Origin: an uncultured bacterium | Lineage (GTDB): Bacteria; Patescibacteriota; JABMPQ01; CAVVCK01 | Reading direction: 5' to 3' | Length of the DNA: 64,000 bases | Assembly: GCA_963746775.1 (NCBI GenBank) | Contig: CAVVCK010000002.1 | Coordinates: forward strand, 139,571-203,570 | In this document: piece by piece, positions 1-9,922 of the stretch | Layout of the letters: each line of letters begins with the position of its first letter | Numbering within the stretch: the stretch's first letter is position 1 | Notes under the pieces: model-generated | Told to the model about the DNA's origin: nothing | Database searches by the model: none | What the model saw: the letters and a program-made list of their open reading frames with translations, nothing else | Made by a program: the position numbers and the translations under genes

Positions 1-129
1 GCAAAATAAGCTATAATTAGTAAGATTTTTCTTATTTTAACTTACTGATAGAATATATTAAATGAGATAAATTTGTAGAAATTTTTAAATCTACCTTTCT
101 AGACAGGGGTGCAATTCCCCTCATCTCCA

Positions 130-270
130 ATACGTACGAAATTCTGTGGTTATTAATAAAAACCATATAAATTTACATAAATAGATTAGTCCGAAAAGAA
201 TTTTTCTATAACATCAGAATTTCGTACGTATTCCACCATAATTCACCAGTTATCTTGGAATTTCATACGT
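130..270. repeat. 18-bp perfect inverted repeat (129-146 / 215-232) with a third direct copy of the motif at 258-270, in ORF-free leader
   Basis: atacgtacgaaattctg at 130-146 is the exact reverse complement of cagaatttcgtacgtat at 215-231. A related gaatttcatacgt motif sits at 258-270. No ORF of 60 aa or more lies in 1-316. Confidence 0.6.
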
Positions 271-316
271 GGTGCACCGTTGATATACCACAAAATCATC
301 AAAACAAAAATAAATA

Positions 317-574
317 ATGTTTTACTATACTTATTTAATAGAAAACAATAGGAATAATTGGTATATAGGATCAACAAATAACCTAAAAAGAAGATTTTCA
401 GAACATACTAGTGGTAAAGTATATACTACTAAAAGATTAGGAGGTAAATGGCATTTGGTATATTATGAAGCTTGTTTAAACAGAAATAATTCTAAAGCAA
501 GAGAAAAATATTTAAATACAGGAATGGGTTGGCGATATTTAAAAGCAAGATTAAAAAATTTTAGAAATAATTAA
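317..574 (+). CDS. GIY-YIG nuclease superfamily small protein (UPF0213/YhbQ-like)
   Basis: 85 aa. N-terminal YTY...YIGST...RR..EH matches GIY-YIG core residues (GIY, YIG, Arg, Glu). The size is typical of standalone small GIY-YIG proteins. Confidence 0.7.
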   Translation: MFYYTYLIENNRNNWYIGSTNNLKRRFSEHTSGKVYTTKRLGGKWHLVYYEACLNRNNSKAREKYLNTGMGWRYLKARLKNFRNN

Positions 575-584
575 CAACAAAACA

Positions 585-1121
585 ATTTACAAAAATTTTA
601 AAAAAAACTTTAATAAGAATAGAACCTGGGTTAATGATCAAATAAGAATACCTAGAGTTCAGGTTATTGATGAAAATGGAGAACATATAGGAGAAATGGA
701 TACTCAACGCGCACTATCAATGGCTCGTGAAAAAGGATTAGATTTAGTAGAAATTGCGCCAAATGTAAAGCCACCTGTTTGTAAACTAACTGATTACGGT
801 AAATATAAATATGAACAGATGAAAAAGGGGCGCAAGCAAAAAGCTAAATCCAAAAAAGTAGAAGTAAAGGGTGTCAGAATATCACCTAGAATTTCCCAGA
901 ATGATTTAGAATTTAAAGCAAAACAAGCAGATAAATTTTTAAAAGAAGGAAATAAAGTCAGAATAGAATTAATGTTACGAGGCAGAGAAAATATGCACCG
1001 GGACCTAACTCGTGAAACTTTTGATAAGTTTATAGAAGCTATGCAAGAAGAAATAAAAGTTGAGCAGGAACCAAAAAGACAAAGACTGGGCCTAGCAATG
1101 ATAGTTACTAAAGCTAAATAA
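585..1121 (+). CDS. infC: translation initiation factor IF-3; start inferred at ATT 585 (non-AUG), tracked ORF begins at internal ATG 696
   Basis: ORF 696-1121 carries the IF3 C-terminal and linker regions (LDLVEIAPNVKPPVCKLTDYGKYKYE...). The same frame stays open upstream to 555. It encodes NDQIRIPRVQVIDENGEHIGEM, the conserved IF3 N-terminal domain. No ATG lies in that stretch; in-frame ATT/ATA codons are at 558, 567, 570 and 585. infC is known to use AUU starts. Confidence 0.75.
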   Translation: MYKNFKKNFNKNRTWVNDQIRIPRVQVIDENGEHIGEMDTQRALSMAREKGLDLVEIAPNVKPPVCKLTDYGKYKYEQMKKGRKQKAKSKKVEVKGVRISPRISQNDLEFKAKQADKFLKEGNKVRIELMLRGRENMHRDLTRETFDKFIEAMQEEIKVEQEPKRQRLGLAMIVTKAK

Positions 1122-1132
1122 ATATTAATTAT

Positions 1133-1342
1133 ATGAAAAATAAACTAAAGACCAAGAAAGCAGCTGCTAAAAGAATAAGAGTATCTGGCAGTAAAAGAAA
1201 GAAAAAATATATTCAAAGAGCTTGCACGCAAGATCATTTTAATGCCCGCGATAAAGGGAAAGACACAACTGCTAAAAGATTAGATAAAACTATAACTAAA
1301 ACACTAAATAAGCATCTAAAGAGATTGTTGCCCTATAGTTAA
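1133..1342 (+). CDS. rpmI: 50S ribosomal protein L35
   Basis: 69 aa, highly basic, with MKNKLKTKKAAAKR...LKRLLPY matching the L35 pattern. It sits in the canonical infC-rpmI-rplT order. Confidence 0.85.
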   Translation: MKNKLKTKKAAAKRIRVSGSKRKKKYIQRACTQDHFNARDKGKDTTAKRLDKTITKTLNKHLKRLLPYS

Positions 1343-1415
1343 ATTTAGATTCTAAATAGCAAATTTTAAGTAGTTTGCAATTTTTTATATTTATCAATAA
1401 TTATTATACAAATAC

Positions 1416-1763
1416 ATGACAAGAGTAAAACGTGGCGTTATGGCCAGTAAAAGAAGAAAAAATCTTTTAGAAGATACTAAAGGTTATTTGCTAGGTAGAA
1501 GTAAAAAATTTAGAGAAGCGAAACAAGCATTTTTAAAAGCTGGCTCATATGCTTACCGAGATAGAAAAGCAAAAAAAAGAACTTTTCGCCGGCTTTGGAT
1601 TACTAGAATTAATATTGCTTGCCGAGAGAGAGAAATAACTTATAGAAGTTTTATTAATTTGTTAGATAAGAAAAAAATAGAATTAGATCGTAAAATTTTA
1701 GCAGAAATCGCTGTAAATCATCCTGCTGTCTTTGATGAAATTGTAGCTGAAGTTAAGAAATAA
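1416..1763 (+). CDS. rplT: 50S ribosomal protein L20
   Basis: 115 aa. MTRVKRGV...KGY..GRSK...KAGSYAYRDRK.KKR.FRRLWI.RINIA is a near-canonical L20 sequence. Confidence 0.9.
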   Translation: MTRVKRGVMASKRRKNLLEDTKGYLLGRSKKFREAKQAFLKAGSYAYRDRKAKKRTFRRLWITRINIACREREITYRSFINLLDKKKIELDRKILAEIAVNHPAVFDEIVAEVKK

Positions 1764-1884
1764 AAGTTCATTTTTTTAGAATATTCACTTATAAAATCAA
1801 GTAATTGGACATTAGATATTTGTAATTAGCTAAAATAAATCTAAAGTTACTAATGACCAATAACTATTTACTAATTACCATCCT

Positions 1885-2841
1885 ATGACCATAAAACAAA
1901 TATACGATTTAGCCATTAAGCTTGGTAAAGAGGCAGATCTTAGAGGATCAGCGCGAGTTGCTAAAAAGTTAAAAAGAATTAGGCAAAAATACGAAGATCT
2001 TAAATCAGAAGAAAAAAAAGAATTTGATCAAGAAAGACTAATTAACCCTTATTCTGATACTAGAATTCTATGTGGTGATAAAAATAATAAGATAAAAAGA
2101 GTTTTAGCTGGCATAGACATTGATTCTGCCGAAATATTATTATCCAGACAGCTAAGTAAAATCAAAGATATTCAGTTAGTTATTTCACATCATCCCAGAG
2201 GCATAGCTCTAGCCCGTCTTGATGATGTTATGGAACTTCAAGTTGATTTGCTAGAGGATTTAGGTATACCTGTTAATGTTGCTGAAAAATTAATGAAAAT
2301 AAGAATGTCTGAAGTTTTCAGAGGTATATCTGGTCTCAATCATTATCAAGTAATTGATACTGCTAATCTTTTACATGAAAATTTAATGTGTGTCCATACT
2401 GCTGCTGATAATTTAGTGGCTAATTATTTGAAAAAAATATTTAACAAAAATAAACCAGAAACAGTTGGAGAAGTTATAAAATTATTAAAAACTATCCCCG
2501 AATATGAACAAGCCTCAAAAATGGGAACAGGACCTGCTATCTTCGCCGGTAATAAAGAAAATAGATGTGGCAGAATAGCTTTCACAGAAGTAACTGGTGG
2601 AACTTCCGGCCATAAAGATATTTATGAGAAATTATCTCAAGCAGGTGTTGGAACTATTGTTGGCATGCATATGTCTGAGGAATATAAAGAAGAAGCTGAA
2701 AAAAATCATATTAACGTAGTAATTGCCGGCCATATTTCATCTGATTCTATTGGCATGAATTTATTTTTAGATGAATTAGAGAAAAAGGGCATTGAAGTTA
2801 TTACTTGCTCGGGGTTAATTAGGGTTAAGAGGTTTAAATAA
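1885..2841 (+). CDS. Nif3-like dinuclear metal centre protein (DUF34/YqfO family)
   Basis: 318 aa. It has the ISHHP motif near residue 100 and the C-terminal HTAAD and AGHISSD motifs characteristic of Nif3/GTP cyclohydrolase I type 2 homologs. Confidence 0.65.
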   Translation: MTIKQIYDLAIKLGKEADLRGSARVAKKLKRIRQKYEDLKSEEKKEFDQERLINPYSDTRILCGDKNNKIKRVLAGIDIDSAEILLSRQLSKIKDIQLVISHHPRGIALARLDDVMELQVDLLEDLGIPVNVAEKLMKIRMSEVFRGISGLNHYQVIDTANLLHENLMCVHTAADNLVANYLKKIFNKNKPETVGEVIKLLKTIPEYEQASKMGTGPAIFAGNKENRCGRIAFTEVTGGTSGHKDIYEKLSQAGVGTIVGMHMSEEYKEEAEKNHINVVIAGHISSDSIGMNLFLDELEKKGIEVITCSGLIRVKRFK

Positions 2842-2860
2842 ATAGATTAAGTCGTTTTTT

Positions 2861-2899
2861 AAAAAAAATACTAGTTAAATATTTAACTAGTATTTTTTA
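2861..2899. terminator. bidirectional intrinsic terminator: perfect 38-nt palindrome A8-atactagttaaat|atttaactagtat-T6 between convergent genes
   Basis: aaaaaaaatactagttaaatatttaactagtatttttt is self-complementary, with the poly-A before and poly-U after on either strand. It lies between the nif3-like stop at 2841 and the minus-strand gene stop at 2918. Confidence 0.6.
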
Positions 2900-2917
2900 T
2901 TGCTAAATTCTGAATTC

Positions 2918-5554
2918 CTATTCTTCCCCCACATAAACCCCACCTCTGAAATTTTCTCCAAAGGCAAAGAAACTAGAATTAATTGCTTTCCCATTACCTT
3001 CAAACATTCTTACCTGCGGACCACCACCATACCCTGCCCCAGTTATTATTTCTGCTAGACCATCTAAATCCACATCACTCACAGCAATATGTGCTCCTAC
3101 CTCCACTCCAGTGCCATAGGCGTTAAATTGTCCTAGAATTGTTTGATCGTTATTATATCTATATACTTTTACCCAGGCTTCACCATCTGATGCTTGAGAA
3201 GCTACTATTTCGTCCTTGCCATCTCCGTCAAAATCCCCTGCCGCTACATTGACACCACCATGAAAATTAGGATGAAAAGCAAAGAATTGTATTGGTTTTA
3301 ATTGTCCGTTTCCTTCAAATACCCTAATCTGTGGACCGCCGCCTCTACCTGCTCCAGCTATTATTTCATCCTTACCATCTTTATCGATATCACCAGCCGC
3401 CACATTAACTCCACCACGAAAATTCTTATCATAGGCAAAAAAACCAGCAGTTATTTTTTGTTTACCTAATTTATCAAATACCCTAATCTGCGGACCGCCG
3501 CCATAGCCTGCCCCAGCAATTATTTCATCTATACCATCTCCATCTAAATCTCCTAAGACTATATTTACTCCGCCACGAAAATTTTTATCATAAGCAAAAA
3601 ATCCAGGATATTTAACTGTGCCATCTTTTTTAAATATTCTAACATGAGGGCCAGCTCCATTGCCTGGTCCGGTAACAATTTCATTTTCTCCATCTCCATC
3701 TACATCACCAGATGCTACTATGACACCTGATCTAATATTTTCAGCATAGGCAAAAAAACTATTTTCTAAATTGCCCGACGTGTTAAATACTCTTACTTGC
3801 GGTCCGCCTGTTGGTCCAGCTCCAGTGATTATAGAAGGAGTACCAGCTGTAATATCAGTAGCTGTTTCTTTTGTGTTGCCTGAGCTATCCTGAACTTTAA
3901 TATTTATATCATGACTACCTTGATTTAGTCCTGATACTGTAAATTTAAAATTTTCTTCACCTGAGTTATAATTTCCATCAAGAGCTGGTACTGCCTGCCA
4001 ATCACCACTACTTAATTGATACCAAATATTTGATATTTTATTAATCGTCGTATTATTCGGATCTACACTATAATAATTATGCACACTGTCTGTATAAGGA
4101 TTAACATTTTTCATTTTACCTACTGTAGCTCTACCACTAACAGTATAAGTACCATTACTGTTTTCTTCTCTGCTGGTTATAGCTATAACAGGCTGAACAT
4201 CTAATATATCTATAATATTATCTCCATCACTATCCCTCCAGCCTATTTGTTCGGCAGCATACTTATCTAAGGAGTTTTGTTGGTAAGGATATACTCCTCC
4301 TCGCATTATGCTTAACTCATTGATAGCACAACCTCCACTATTAGAATTATATTCACTATTTTGATTAGGCGCCCCTATATAACCAGCTGTTTTAGTACAA
4401 TCTTGATTTGCTGCATAATATTGATCTAGCGCATAAAAAGTATGGCCTGTTTCATGAGCTACAATTGCTTCCATATTATTTATGCCATAAACATCATTAT
4501 CATAAGTCATAACCATAAAAGGACCTCCATAATAAGAATAAGCAAATTTACCATCCTGAAAATCACCATCAGCATCATTCTTGCTATCAGTTACAAAAAT
4601 AGTAAATCCCCAGTCTGAATTATCGTTTTTAATCATATCATTATCAAAAGCTAGAGTATTATAAAAATAATCATCGCTTTGATAATTAAAATTACTCATA
4701 ATTTGATTTATCCACAATCCTTGCTGTGCTGTACCCGTGAAAGAAGTTCTATTAATAGGCTCATAGGAAGTTTTAGCCCTATCATCTGTCCTGCCAAAAT
4801 AAGAATGATAAGTAAAGGTTAAATTGATATTCCTCTTTTTAGCTTGCTCAAACCACCAATTTAACCCGCTTTGAATCTCACTCACTACCTGAGTTTCCCT
4901 GGCAGCATCCCAATTTTCAGTTGAGGCATCATAACCCCCTATACTTTCCGGTAAAATTATAGCTACTGACACTTTGCCGGCCATGTATTCTGCTACATCA
5001 TAAAAACTGGCACCATAAGAAGATTCGCCTGGTCCACCAATATTGTTATTTCTTAAGATCTTCGGAAAAGATAGAGCATCATCATTTATTGGCTTAAAAT
5101 CATTTTCTTTTAAATCAACAGTTTGATTAAAACTTTTATTCCAAACATTAAACATCAATTGATAATCTTCACTATAGCTATTAACATCATCAATTTTATT
5201 ACTATAAATATTTTTAATTCTGCTATCATTATCTAAAATTGCTACTATTTCTTTTTGATAATCTAAAATGAATCCATTATTTTCAAATCTATGAGCTATT
5301 TTACCTTTTTTATCTTCAACTATCTTAATAATATCATTCATTTCATCTCTATTGTCTTCATTTAATACAACCAAAACATTTTTATTTAGTATAACACTAG
5401 CATTTGTATTTTTATAATTAAAAATAACTGATATAAATAAAATAAATATTATAAAAAATATAAAATATTTTAAACTAGCTGTTATTTTGTCCGCCTCTGA
5501 CGGCGGATCTGCCGATAGAGATAGATTATCTTGTTTTTTTGTTATTTTGTCCAT
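2918..5554 (-). CDS. secreted/membrane-anchored zinc metalloprotease (HExxH, M64-like motif) with C-terminal FG-GAP beta-propeller repeats
   Basis: 878 aa with an N-terminal TM helix (FIFFIIFILFISVIF). VAHETGHTFYALDQYY fits HExxH.....D.Y as in IgA-peptidase-like M64. The C-terminal ~350 aa hold 6-7 repeats of FFAY...GDxDGDGxDEI..GAG.GGGP.VRVF, which is the FG-GAP type. Confidence 0.55.
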   Translation of the reverse strand: MDKITKKQDNLSLSADPPSEADKITASLKYFIFFIIFILFISVIFNYKNTNASVILNKNVLVVLNEDNRDEMNDIIKIVEDKKGKIAHRFENNGFILDYQKEIVAILDNDSRIKNIYSNKIDDVNSYSEDYQLMFNVWNKSFNQTVDLKENDFKPINDDALSFPKILRNNNIGGPGESSYGASFYDVAEYMAGKVSVAIILPESIGGYDASTENWDAARETQVVSEIQSGLNWWFEQAKKRNINLTFTYHSYFGRTDDRAKTSYEPINRTSFTGTAQQGLWINQIMSNFNYQSDDYFYNTLAFDNDMIKNDNSDWGFTIFVTDSKNDADGDFQDGKFAYSYYGGPFMVMTYDNDVYGINNMEAIVAHETGHTFYALDQYYAANQDCTKTAGYIGAPNQNSEYNSNSGGCAINELSIMRGGVYPYQQNSLDKYAAEQIGWRDSDGDNIIDILDVQPVIAITSREENSNGTYTVSGRATVGKMKNVNPYTDSVHNYYSVDPNNTTINKISNIWYQLSSGDWQAVPALDGNYNSGEENFKFTVSGLNQGSHDINIKVQDSSGNTKETATDITAGTPSIITGAGPTGGPQVRVFNTSGNLENSFFAYAENIRSGVIVASGDVDGDGENEIVTGPGNGAGPHVRIFKKDGTVKYPGFFAYDKNFRGGVNIVLGDLDGDGIDEIIAGAGYGGGPQIRVFDKLGKQKITAGFFAYDKNFRGGVNVAAGDIDKDGKDEIIAGAGRGGGPQIRVFEGNGQLKPIQFFAFHPNFHGGVNVAAGDFDGDGKDEIVASQASDGEAWVKVYRYNNDQTILGQFNAYGTGVEVGAHIAVSDVDLDGLAEIITGAGYGGGPQVRMFEGNGKAINSSFFAFGENFRGGVYVGEE

Positions 5555-7170
5555 TATTTCATAGTTATTTCTTCTTTTTTTTCTCTTATAAAGGTAAAAA
5601 AATCCTCAGAAATTTCTATAAATGCCTTAAATGGCGCATCTATAATAAAATCTAATATAAATACAAAAATATTAATACGAGAAAAATTTAAAGAAAGCCA
5701 ACGTCCTGCTCTTAAAATTGGAATAGCCAAAAAATCAACCATAGTAGTAATAGCCCCCTCCCGCTCTCCTGCAATAATTAATTCTCTAGCTGATTCCCTG
5801 CTTCTAATTCCAAAAAAAGAAACAAGAGATAAAAATAAAATAAAAATAAATATACCCAAAGCCCCAAAACCAAATCTACTTAAAATGTAAATTATTAAAC
5901 CAAAAGAAACAGCATAAGTAATAATATAGAAAAAATTAAATAAAATATTGGAAAATATATTTCTAGTAACAGATGTTTTTATTTTTTGAGCCAAAATGTT
6001 TTCTTCTTCTTCGTATATTATTCTTCTAATATTATCTATAATATTTTCAGTATTTTTTTCCTTGGGTACTCTAATTGATAGGAGTATTAAAAACAATAAA
6101 ATAGGATGAAAAATAACATTAATAATAAGCGGTTTATAGTCAAAGGCTGATGCAAAATACATATCATAAGGTACTTCAATAGCTAGAGCTAAAAGCATTT
6201 TAGTTACAAAAATATAAATAATACTTCTAACCCCGCTGCGTTTTAACTTTGCCCTGGTATCACTATATTTTTCTTCACAGGCTTCTTTGGATTCTTCGGT
6301 TAAAGTTTTAACATTACTCAATATATCTTCAATATCTTCTCCACCTTTTTCTAAAATATCTCTTAAAATAACAAAAGAAGGCAAATATTTTTTTACCACA
6401 GTAATTAATCTACTGGACAAAGGGTGATCAATTTGATCCTCAATAGTCTGATTTAAAAATTCTATATTAGAAGCTATTTCATCTATTATTTCCCCCGAAG
6501 GACTGCCTTTCCAATGCGGATAATATAAATCTATTAGACGATAAGTGATTATTTCTCTATCAGATTTAAGAAGTGCTCTTTGAATAGCAATATATATCTG
6601 AATACTTTTTTCTTCTTTGGTTATTTTACCAGACCAAGCTATATTTTCACTCATCACTTCATACATAAAATCAGCCATAGCTTCATCTTTAACACGCGAA
6701 GCAAATATTTCTTCTATTTCGCAAGCAGCAATGCCCAATATCCAATCCATATAATCTTTTTTTTCATTTTCAGGTTTTTCGCTTTTATTGTGATAGCTAT
6801 TTAATAATAAAATATACTTATTTATTATTTTCTCAACTTTACTAATTTTATTCTCTGAAACAATTTCATTTTCTAAATATCCACCTCTGATTAATTCAAA
6901 AATCATTGGTTCTGAAATCTTTTGAGCACTGCTTTGATTTGTCAGCCTTCTTTTCAATACTCTTTTTATAGCATTTTTTCTTAAAAGATGCTCTTCTTTA
7001 TAATCAATAACGTTTCTAATTTTTTCATACAAAAAAGCAAGTTTAGAAACTGTCCTATTAACTTTTATTTTTGGCGATGCATTTTCTTTCTTGTCTTCTT
7101 TTTTTCTTTCAAAAGCTTGAATTAACTTTTCAGTAGGTTTGGTTAAAGTTCTATATTCGTCTTGTAGCAT
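5554..7170 (-). CDS. hypothetical protein, soluble N-terminal region plus C-terminal multi-pass membrane domain
   Basis: 538 aa. The first ~330 aa are charged and helical; after that there are at least 4 hydrophobic helices. Its stop overlaps the start of the downstream protease gene by 1 nt, suggesting translational coupling. No diagnostic motif was recognised. Confidence 0.45.
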   Translation of the reverse strand: MLQDEYRTLTKPTEKLIQAFERKKEDKKENASPKIKVNRTVSKLAFLYEKIRNVIDYKEEHLLRKNAIKRVLKRRLTNQSSAQKISEPMIFELIRGGYLENEIVSENKISKVEKIINKYILLLNSYHNKSEKPENEKKDYMDWILGIAACEIEEIFASRVKDEAMADFMYEVMSENIAWSGKITKEEKSIQIYIAIQRALLKSDREIITYRLIDLYYPHWKGSPSGEIIDEIASNIEFLNQTIEDQIDHPLSSRLITVVKKYLPSFVILRDILEKGGEDIEDILSNVKTLTEESKEACEEKYSDTRAKLKRSGVRSIIYIFVTKMLLALAIEVPYDMYFASAFDYKPLIINVIFHPILLFLILLSIRVPKEKNTENIIDNIRRIIYEEEENILAQKIKTSVTRNIFSNILFNFFYIITYAVSFGLIIYILSRFGFGALGIFIFILFLSLVSFFGIRSRESARELIIAGEREGAITTMVDFLAIPILRAGRWLSLNFSRINIFVFILDFIIDAPFKAFIEISEDFFTFIREKKEEITMK

Positions 7171-7230
7171 AATTGTTTTATTGGCTATACAAATTTATTT
7201 TACTAGAAACTTTTTATAATTTCTATATTT

Positions 7231-8331
7231 TTATATATTATAAATCTTTAGATACTTATTTATAATTATACTCCAATCATAATTTTTAGCTATTAATTCT
7301 GATTTAAGAGAAAATACTTCATAATTACTAATAACATTATTCATTTTACTAACTATTTCCTCCGTATTTAATTGATCTTCTACAATATAACCATTTATGC
7401 CTGTCTGTACTATATCTGCTAATCCTGAAGCATCTTTGGTTATAACTGTACTTAAACCACTGCTTATAGCTTCCAATAGAGCTAAAGGCAAACCTTCACC
7501 TTTCGATAATAGTAGCAAACAATTTGAATTATCATAATACTTTTTTACATTGCTGCTAAAGCCAATTAGTTTTACCTGCCTTAAATTGTTTTCTTCTATA
7601 TATTCTTTAATTTTATTATACAGAGAGCCATTACCTACTATTAAAAATTCTATTTTTTTGTTACCTTTATATTGTTCTAAAAAAATTTCAAATATTTTAA
7701 CAGTTTCTAATACTCTTTTTCTCACTTCTAATCTGCCAACATATATAAATCTAAAAATATCATTATTTTTTTCCACTAATTTATATTTATTAGTATCTAC
7801 TCCATTCTCTATTATAAAAACATTTTCATTTTTAGTAAGTTTATTAATATAATTTCTAGTATTCCTGGAAACAGCAATAATTGCATCTGATCTTTTAAAA
7901 ATAAATTTTTCTAATTTTATAAATAGAGGATAAATTATATTATAAAATATTGATTCTTTTTTTGATTCTAATCTCTGCAAATATGTATTATGAACAGTAG
8001 TAATATATTTTATGCCTCTTTGTTTAAATAATAAGAATAAAAGATGATTAATACTGTTCCCATGAATAATGCTATAATTTTCTTTTCTTAATTTAAATAA
8101 ATAATAAAAATATGACCAAAATATAAATATTATAGGATTCTGTCCACTGTAATTGATTTCTTTAATTTTAAATTTATTTTTTTTTCTCTCAAGCGATTTA
8201 GTAGTTAAAACAGTTACGTTATAATTATTTTTATTAAACTCATTGGTAATGTTTTCCACAAAAATACCCTGCCCGCCACCTACCGGAGGATAATCTAGGG
8301 ATATTATTAATATTTTATCTTTATTCAACAT
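7231..8331 (-). CDS. glycosyltransferase family 4 (GT-B fold, group 1)
   Basis: 366 aa. The N-terminus ILIISLDYPPVGGGQGIFV is GT4-like. The C-terminal EGLPLALLEAISSGLSTVITKDASGLADIV carries the E-x7-E motif of retaining GT4 enzymes. Confidence 0.75.
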   Translation of the reverse strand: MLNKDKILIISLDYPPVGGGQGIFVENITNEFNKNNYNVTVLTTKSLERKKNKFKIKEINYSGQNPIIFIFWSYFYYLFKLRKENYSIIHGNSINHLLFLLFKQRGIKYITTVHNTYLQRLESKKESIFYNIIYPLFIKLEKFIFKRSDAIIAVSRNTRNYINKLTKNENVFIIENGVDTNKYKLVEKNNDIFRFIYVGRLEVRKRVLETVKIFEIFLEQYKGNKKIEFLIVGNGSLYNKIKEYIEENNLRQVKLIGFSSNVKKYYDNSNCLLLLSKGEGLPLALLEAISSGLSTVITKDASGLADIVQTGINGYIVEDQLNTEEIVSKMNNVISNYEVFSLKSELIAKNYDWSIIINKYLKIYNI

Positions 8332-8375
8332 AAATTTGCTTTTATTTTAGCAAAAAATATTAATTTTATAAAGAA

Positions 8376-8397
8376 AAAAGAGCCTAAAATCTCTTTT
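8376..8397 (-). terminator. candidate intrinsic terminator downstream of pyrF (minus-strand reading: aaaagag-attttagg-ctctttt followed by U-rich tract)
   Basis: 7-bp stem aaaagag/ctctttt with an 8-nt loop, 60 nt past the pyrF stop. The T-rich run follows on the minus strand. The hairpin is AT-rich and weak. Confidence 0.4.
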
Positions 8398-8460
8398 CTT
8401 CTTTAAATAATTTTATTCTAAAACATTGTTACAAATCGAACATTAGAACAATTAAAACAT

Positions 8461-9225
8461 CTATAACCTTTCTTTATAAGCCTTCCAACCAGCTTCTTTA
8501 TATTTACTAGCTTCACTCAACGGATCATCCGCTTCGTATATTCCCCTACCTACTATAATCACATCACTTCCATTTTCTTTTATTACTTTTTCCGGAGTAT
8601 TGTACTGTTGACCTAGATTATCCCCTCCTTCAACTAATTTTACTCCAGGCGTAAAATTAATAAATTTAGGATCATTTAACAATTTTTTCATAGTAATAAA
8701 TCCAATAACAAAATCATTATTTTTTTCAGCCATTTTTAAAGTTTTTTCAGTATACTCTCCAGTAGCTAAATTTCCTTCTGAACTCATTTCTGCTAATAAC
8801 AGTAAACCTCTGCCTTTAGGCATACCGATTTCTTTTAGGCCATCAATAATACCTGGGCCAGATACGCTATGACAATTAATAATATCAGCCCAATCAGCTA
8901 TATGATAAATGCCTTGGGCATATTGCATCTTAACAGTATTACCAATATCAGCAAACTTTCTATCTTCAAAAATTAAGAAATTATGTTTTGCTTTTAAAAC
9001 CACTAGCTTGTCAATTAAATCTCGTGAAAAATCTTCAATAATATCAATGTGCATTTTAGCTACACAAATTTCCGGCCCAATTTTATCCAGTAATTCTAAA
9101 AGTTTTTTTCCTGAAGTAATATCAAAAGCAACAGATAGATTAGTCTTTTTTTCTTCCATCAAATTGAGAAGCTTCTTAGCAGTTGGATTGGTGCACTGCG
9201 AGGCGCGCTCTTTGTAGGTAGACAT
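8461..9225 (-). CDS. pyrF: orotidine 5'-phosphate decarboxylase, long eukaryote-type (URA3-like)
   Basis: 254 aa. It matches yeast URA3 along its whole length from MSTYKERA through [11 protein letters not shown]. The 12-mer [12 protein letters not shown] is identical, the GPxIC..K.H.DI motif is present (KMHIDI here against yeast KTHVDI), and GDNLGQQY corresponds to GDALGQQY. It is unlike the E. coli-type PyrF. Confidence 0.9.
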   Translation of the reverse strand: MSTYKERASQCTNPTAKKLLNLMEEKKTNLSVAFDITSGKKLLELLDKIGPEICVAKMHIDIIEDFSRDLIDKLVVLKAKHNFLIFEDRKFADIGNTVKMQYAQGIYHIADWADIINCHSVSGPGIIDGLKEIGMPKGRGLLLLAEMSSEGNLATGEYTEKTLKMAEKNNDFVIGFITMKKLLNDPKFINFTPGVKLVEGGDNLGQQYNTPEKVIKENGSDVIIVGRGIYEADDPLSEASKYKEAGWKAYKERL

Positions 9226-9236
9226 ATATTTTTATA

Positions 9237-9905
9237 TTAGATTCCATATTGCGATCTATATTCTTTAATAATTTTCATTTTCTCATCATCAATATAAATT
9301 TTTCCCTCAACTTTTTTGTTATACAAAACTTCAAATACTTCGTCTAAATCAACAATAGGATAAACTTTTGTATTAAGTTCTTTTTCTAATTTTTCGATGG
9401 CATTCTCTCCATCATTATCTTTTTCCATTCTATTTAAAGATATTAAAATACCTTTTATTTGCGGATTGCCGTTTTCTTTAAGTAATTTTACCAACTCCTT
9501 AATAGAGGTTCCGGCCGTAATTACATCATCAATAAAAACTAATTTCGTTTCACTGGTAATAGGAGCTCCAATTAGCAGATCTTTTTGGCCGTAAGTTTTT
9601 GCTTCTTTGCGATTAAAACAGTAAGATATATTCTTATTAAACTCAGTATACAAAACTGCAACAGTATTAGTAGCTAGAGGTATACCTTTGTAAGCTGGAC
9701 CATATATAACATCAGCTTCAATTTTAGAATCTATGAAAGCTTGAGCATAAAATTTTGATAAATTATGCATGGTCTCTCCAGTGTAAAAACTACCTACATT
9801 CAAAAAATAAGGGGCCGTCCGGCCACTTTTTAATTTAAAAGATCCGAATTTTAGAGCATCAGTTTTTACTAAAAATTTTATAAAGTCTTCTTTGTATTGT
9901 TTCAT
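9237..9905 (-). CDS. pyrE: orotate phosphoribosyltransferase
   Basis: 222 aa. LKFGSFKLKSGRTAPYFLN, the PRPP-binding VFIDDVITAGTS and CFNRKEAKTYG are canonical type I OPRTase motifs. Confidence 0.85.
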   Translation of the reverse strand: MKQYKEDFIKFLVKTDALKFGSFKLKSGRTAPYFLNVGSFYTGETMHNLSKFYAQAFIDSKIEADVIYGPAYKGIPLATNTVAVLYTEFNKNISYCFNRKEAKTYGQKDLLIGAPITSETKLVFIDDVITAGTSIKELVKLLKENGNPQIKGILISLNRMEKDNDGENAIEKLEKELNTKVYPIVDLDEVFEVLYNKKVEGKIYIDDEKMKIIKEYRSQYGI

Positions 9906-9922
9906 ATTTTTAAACCAATTTA

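Noticed and set aside
106-125. tRNA-like T-arm (ggggtgcaattcccc + catctcca) suggesting a tRNA at the window start
   Set aside because: No acceptor-stem partner, D-arm or anticodon arm could be built on either strand. The T-loop TGCAATT deviates from TTCRANT.
5531-5890. 119-aa plus-strand ORF
   Set aside because: Antisense to the C-terminal membrane domain of gene 5554-7170. Hydrophobic antisense artefact.
9237-9905. PyrE as specifically eukaryote-like
   Set aside because: The motifs that looked yeast-like (CFNRKEAK.HG, FKLKSGR.SPYF) are equally present in E. coli PyrE. Only PyrF is clearly of the eukaryote/URA3 type.
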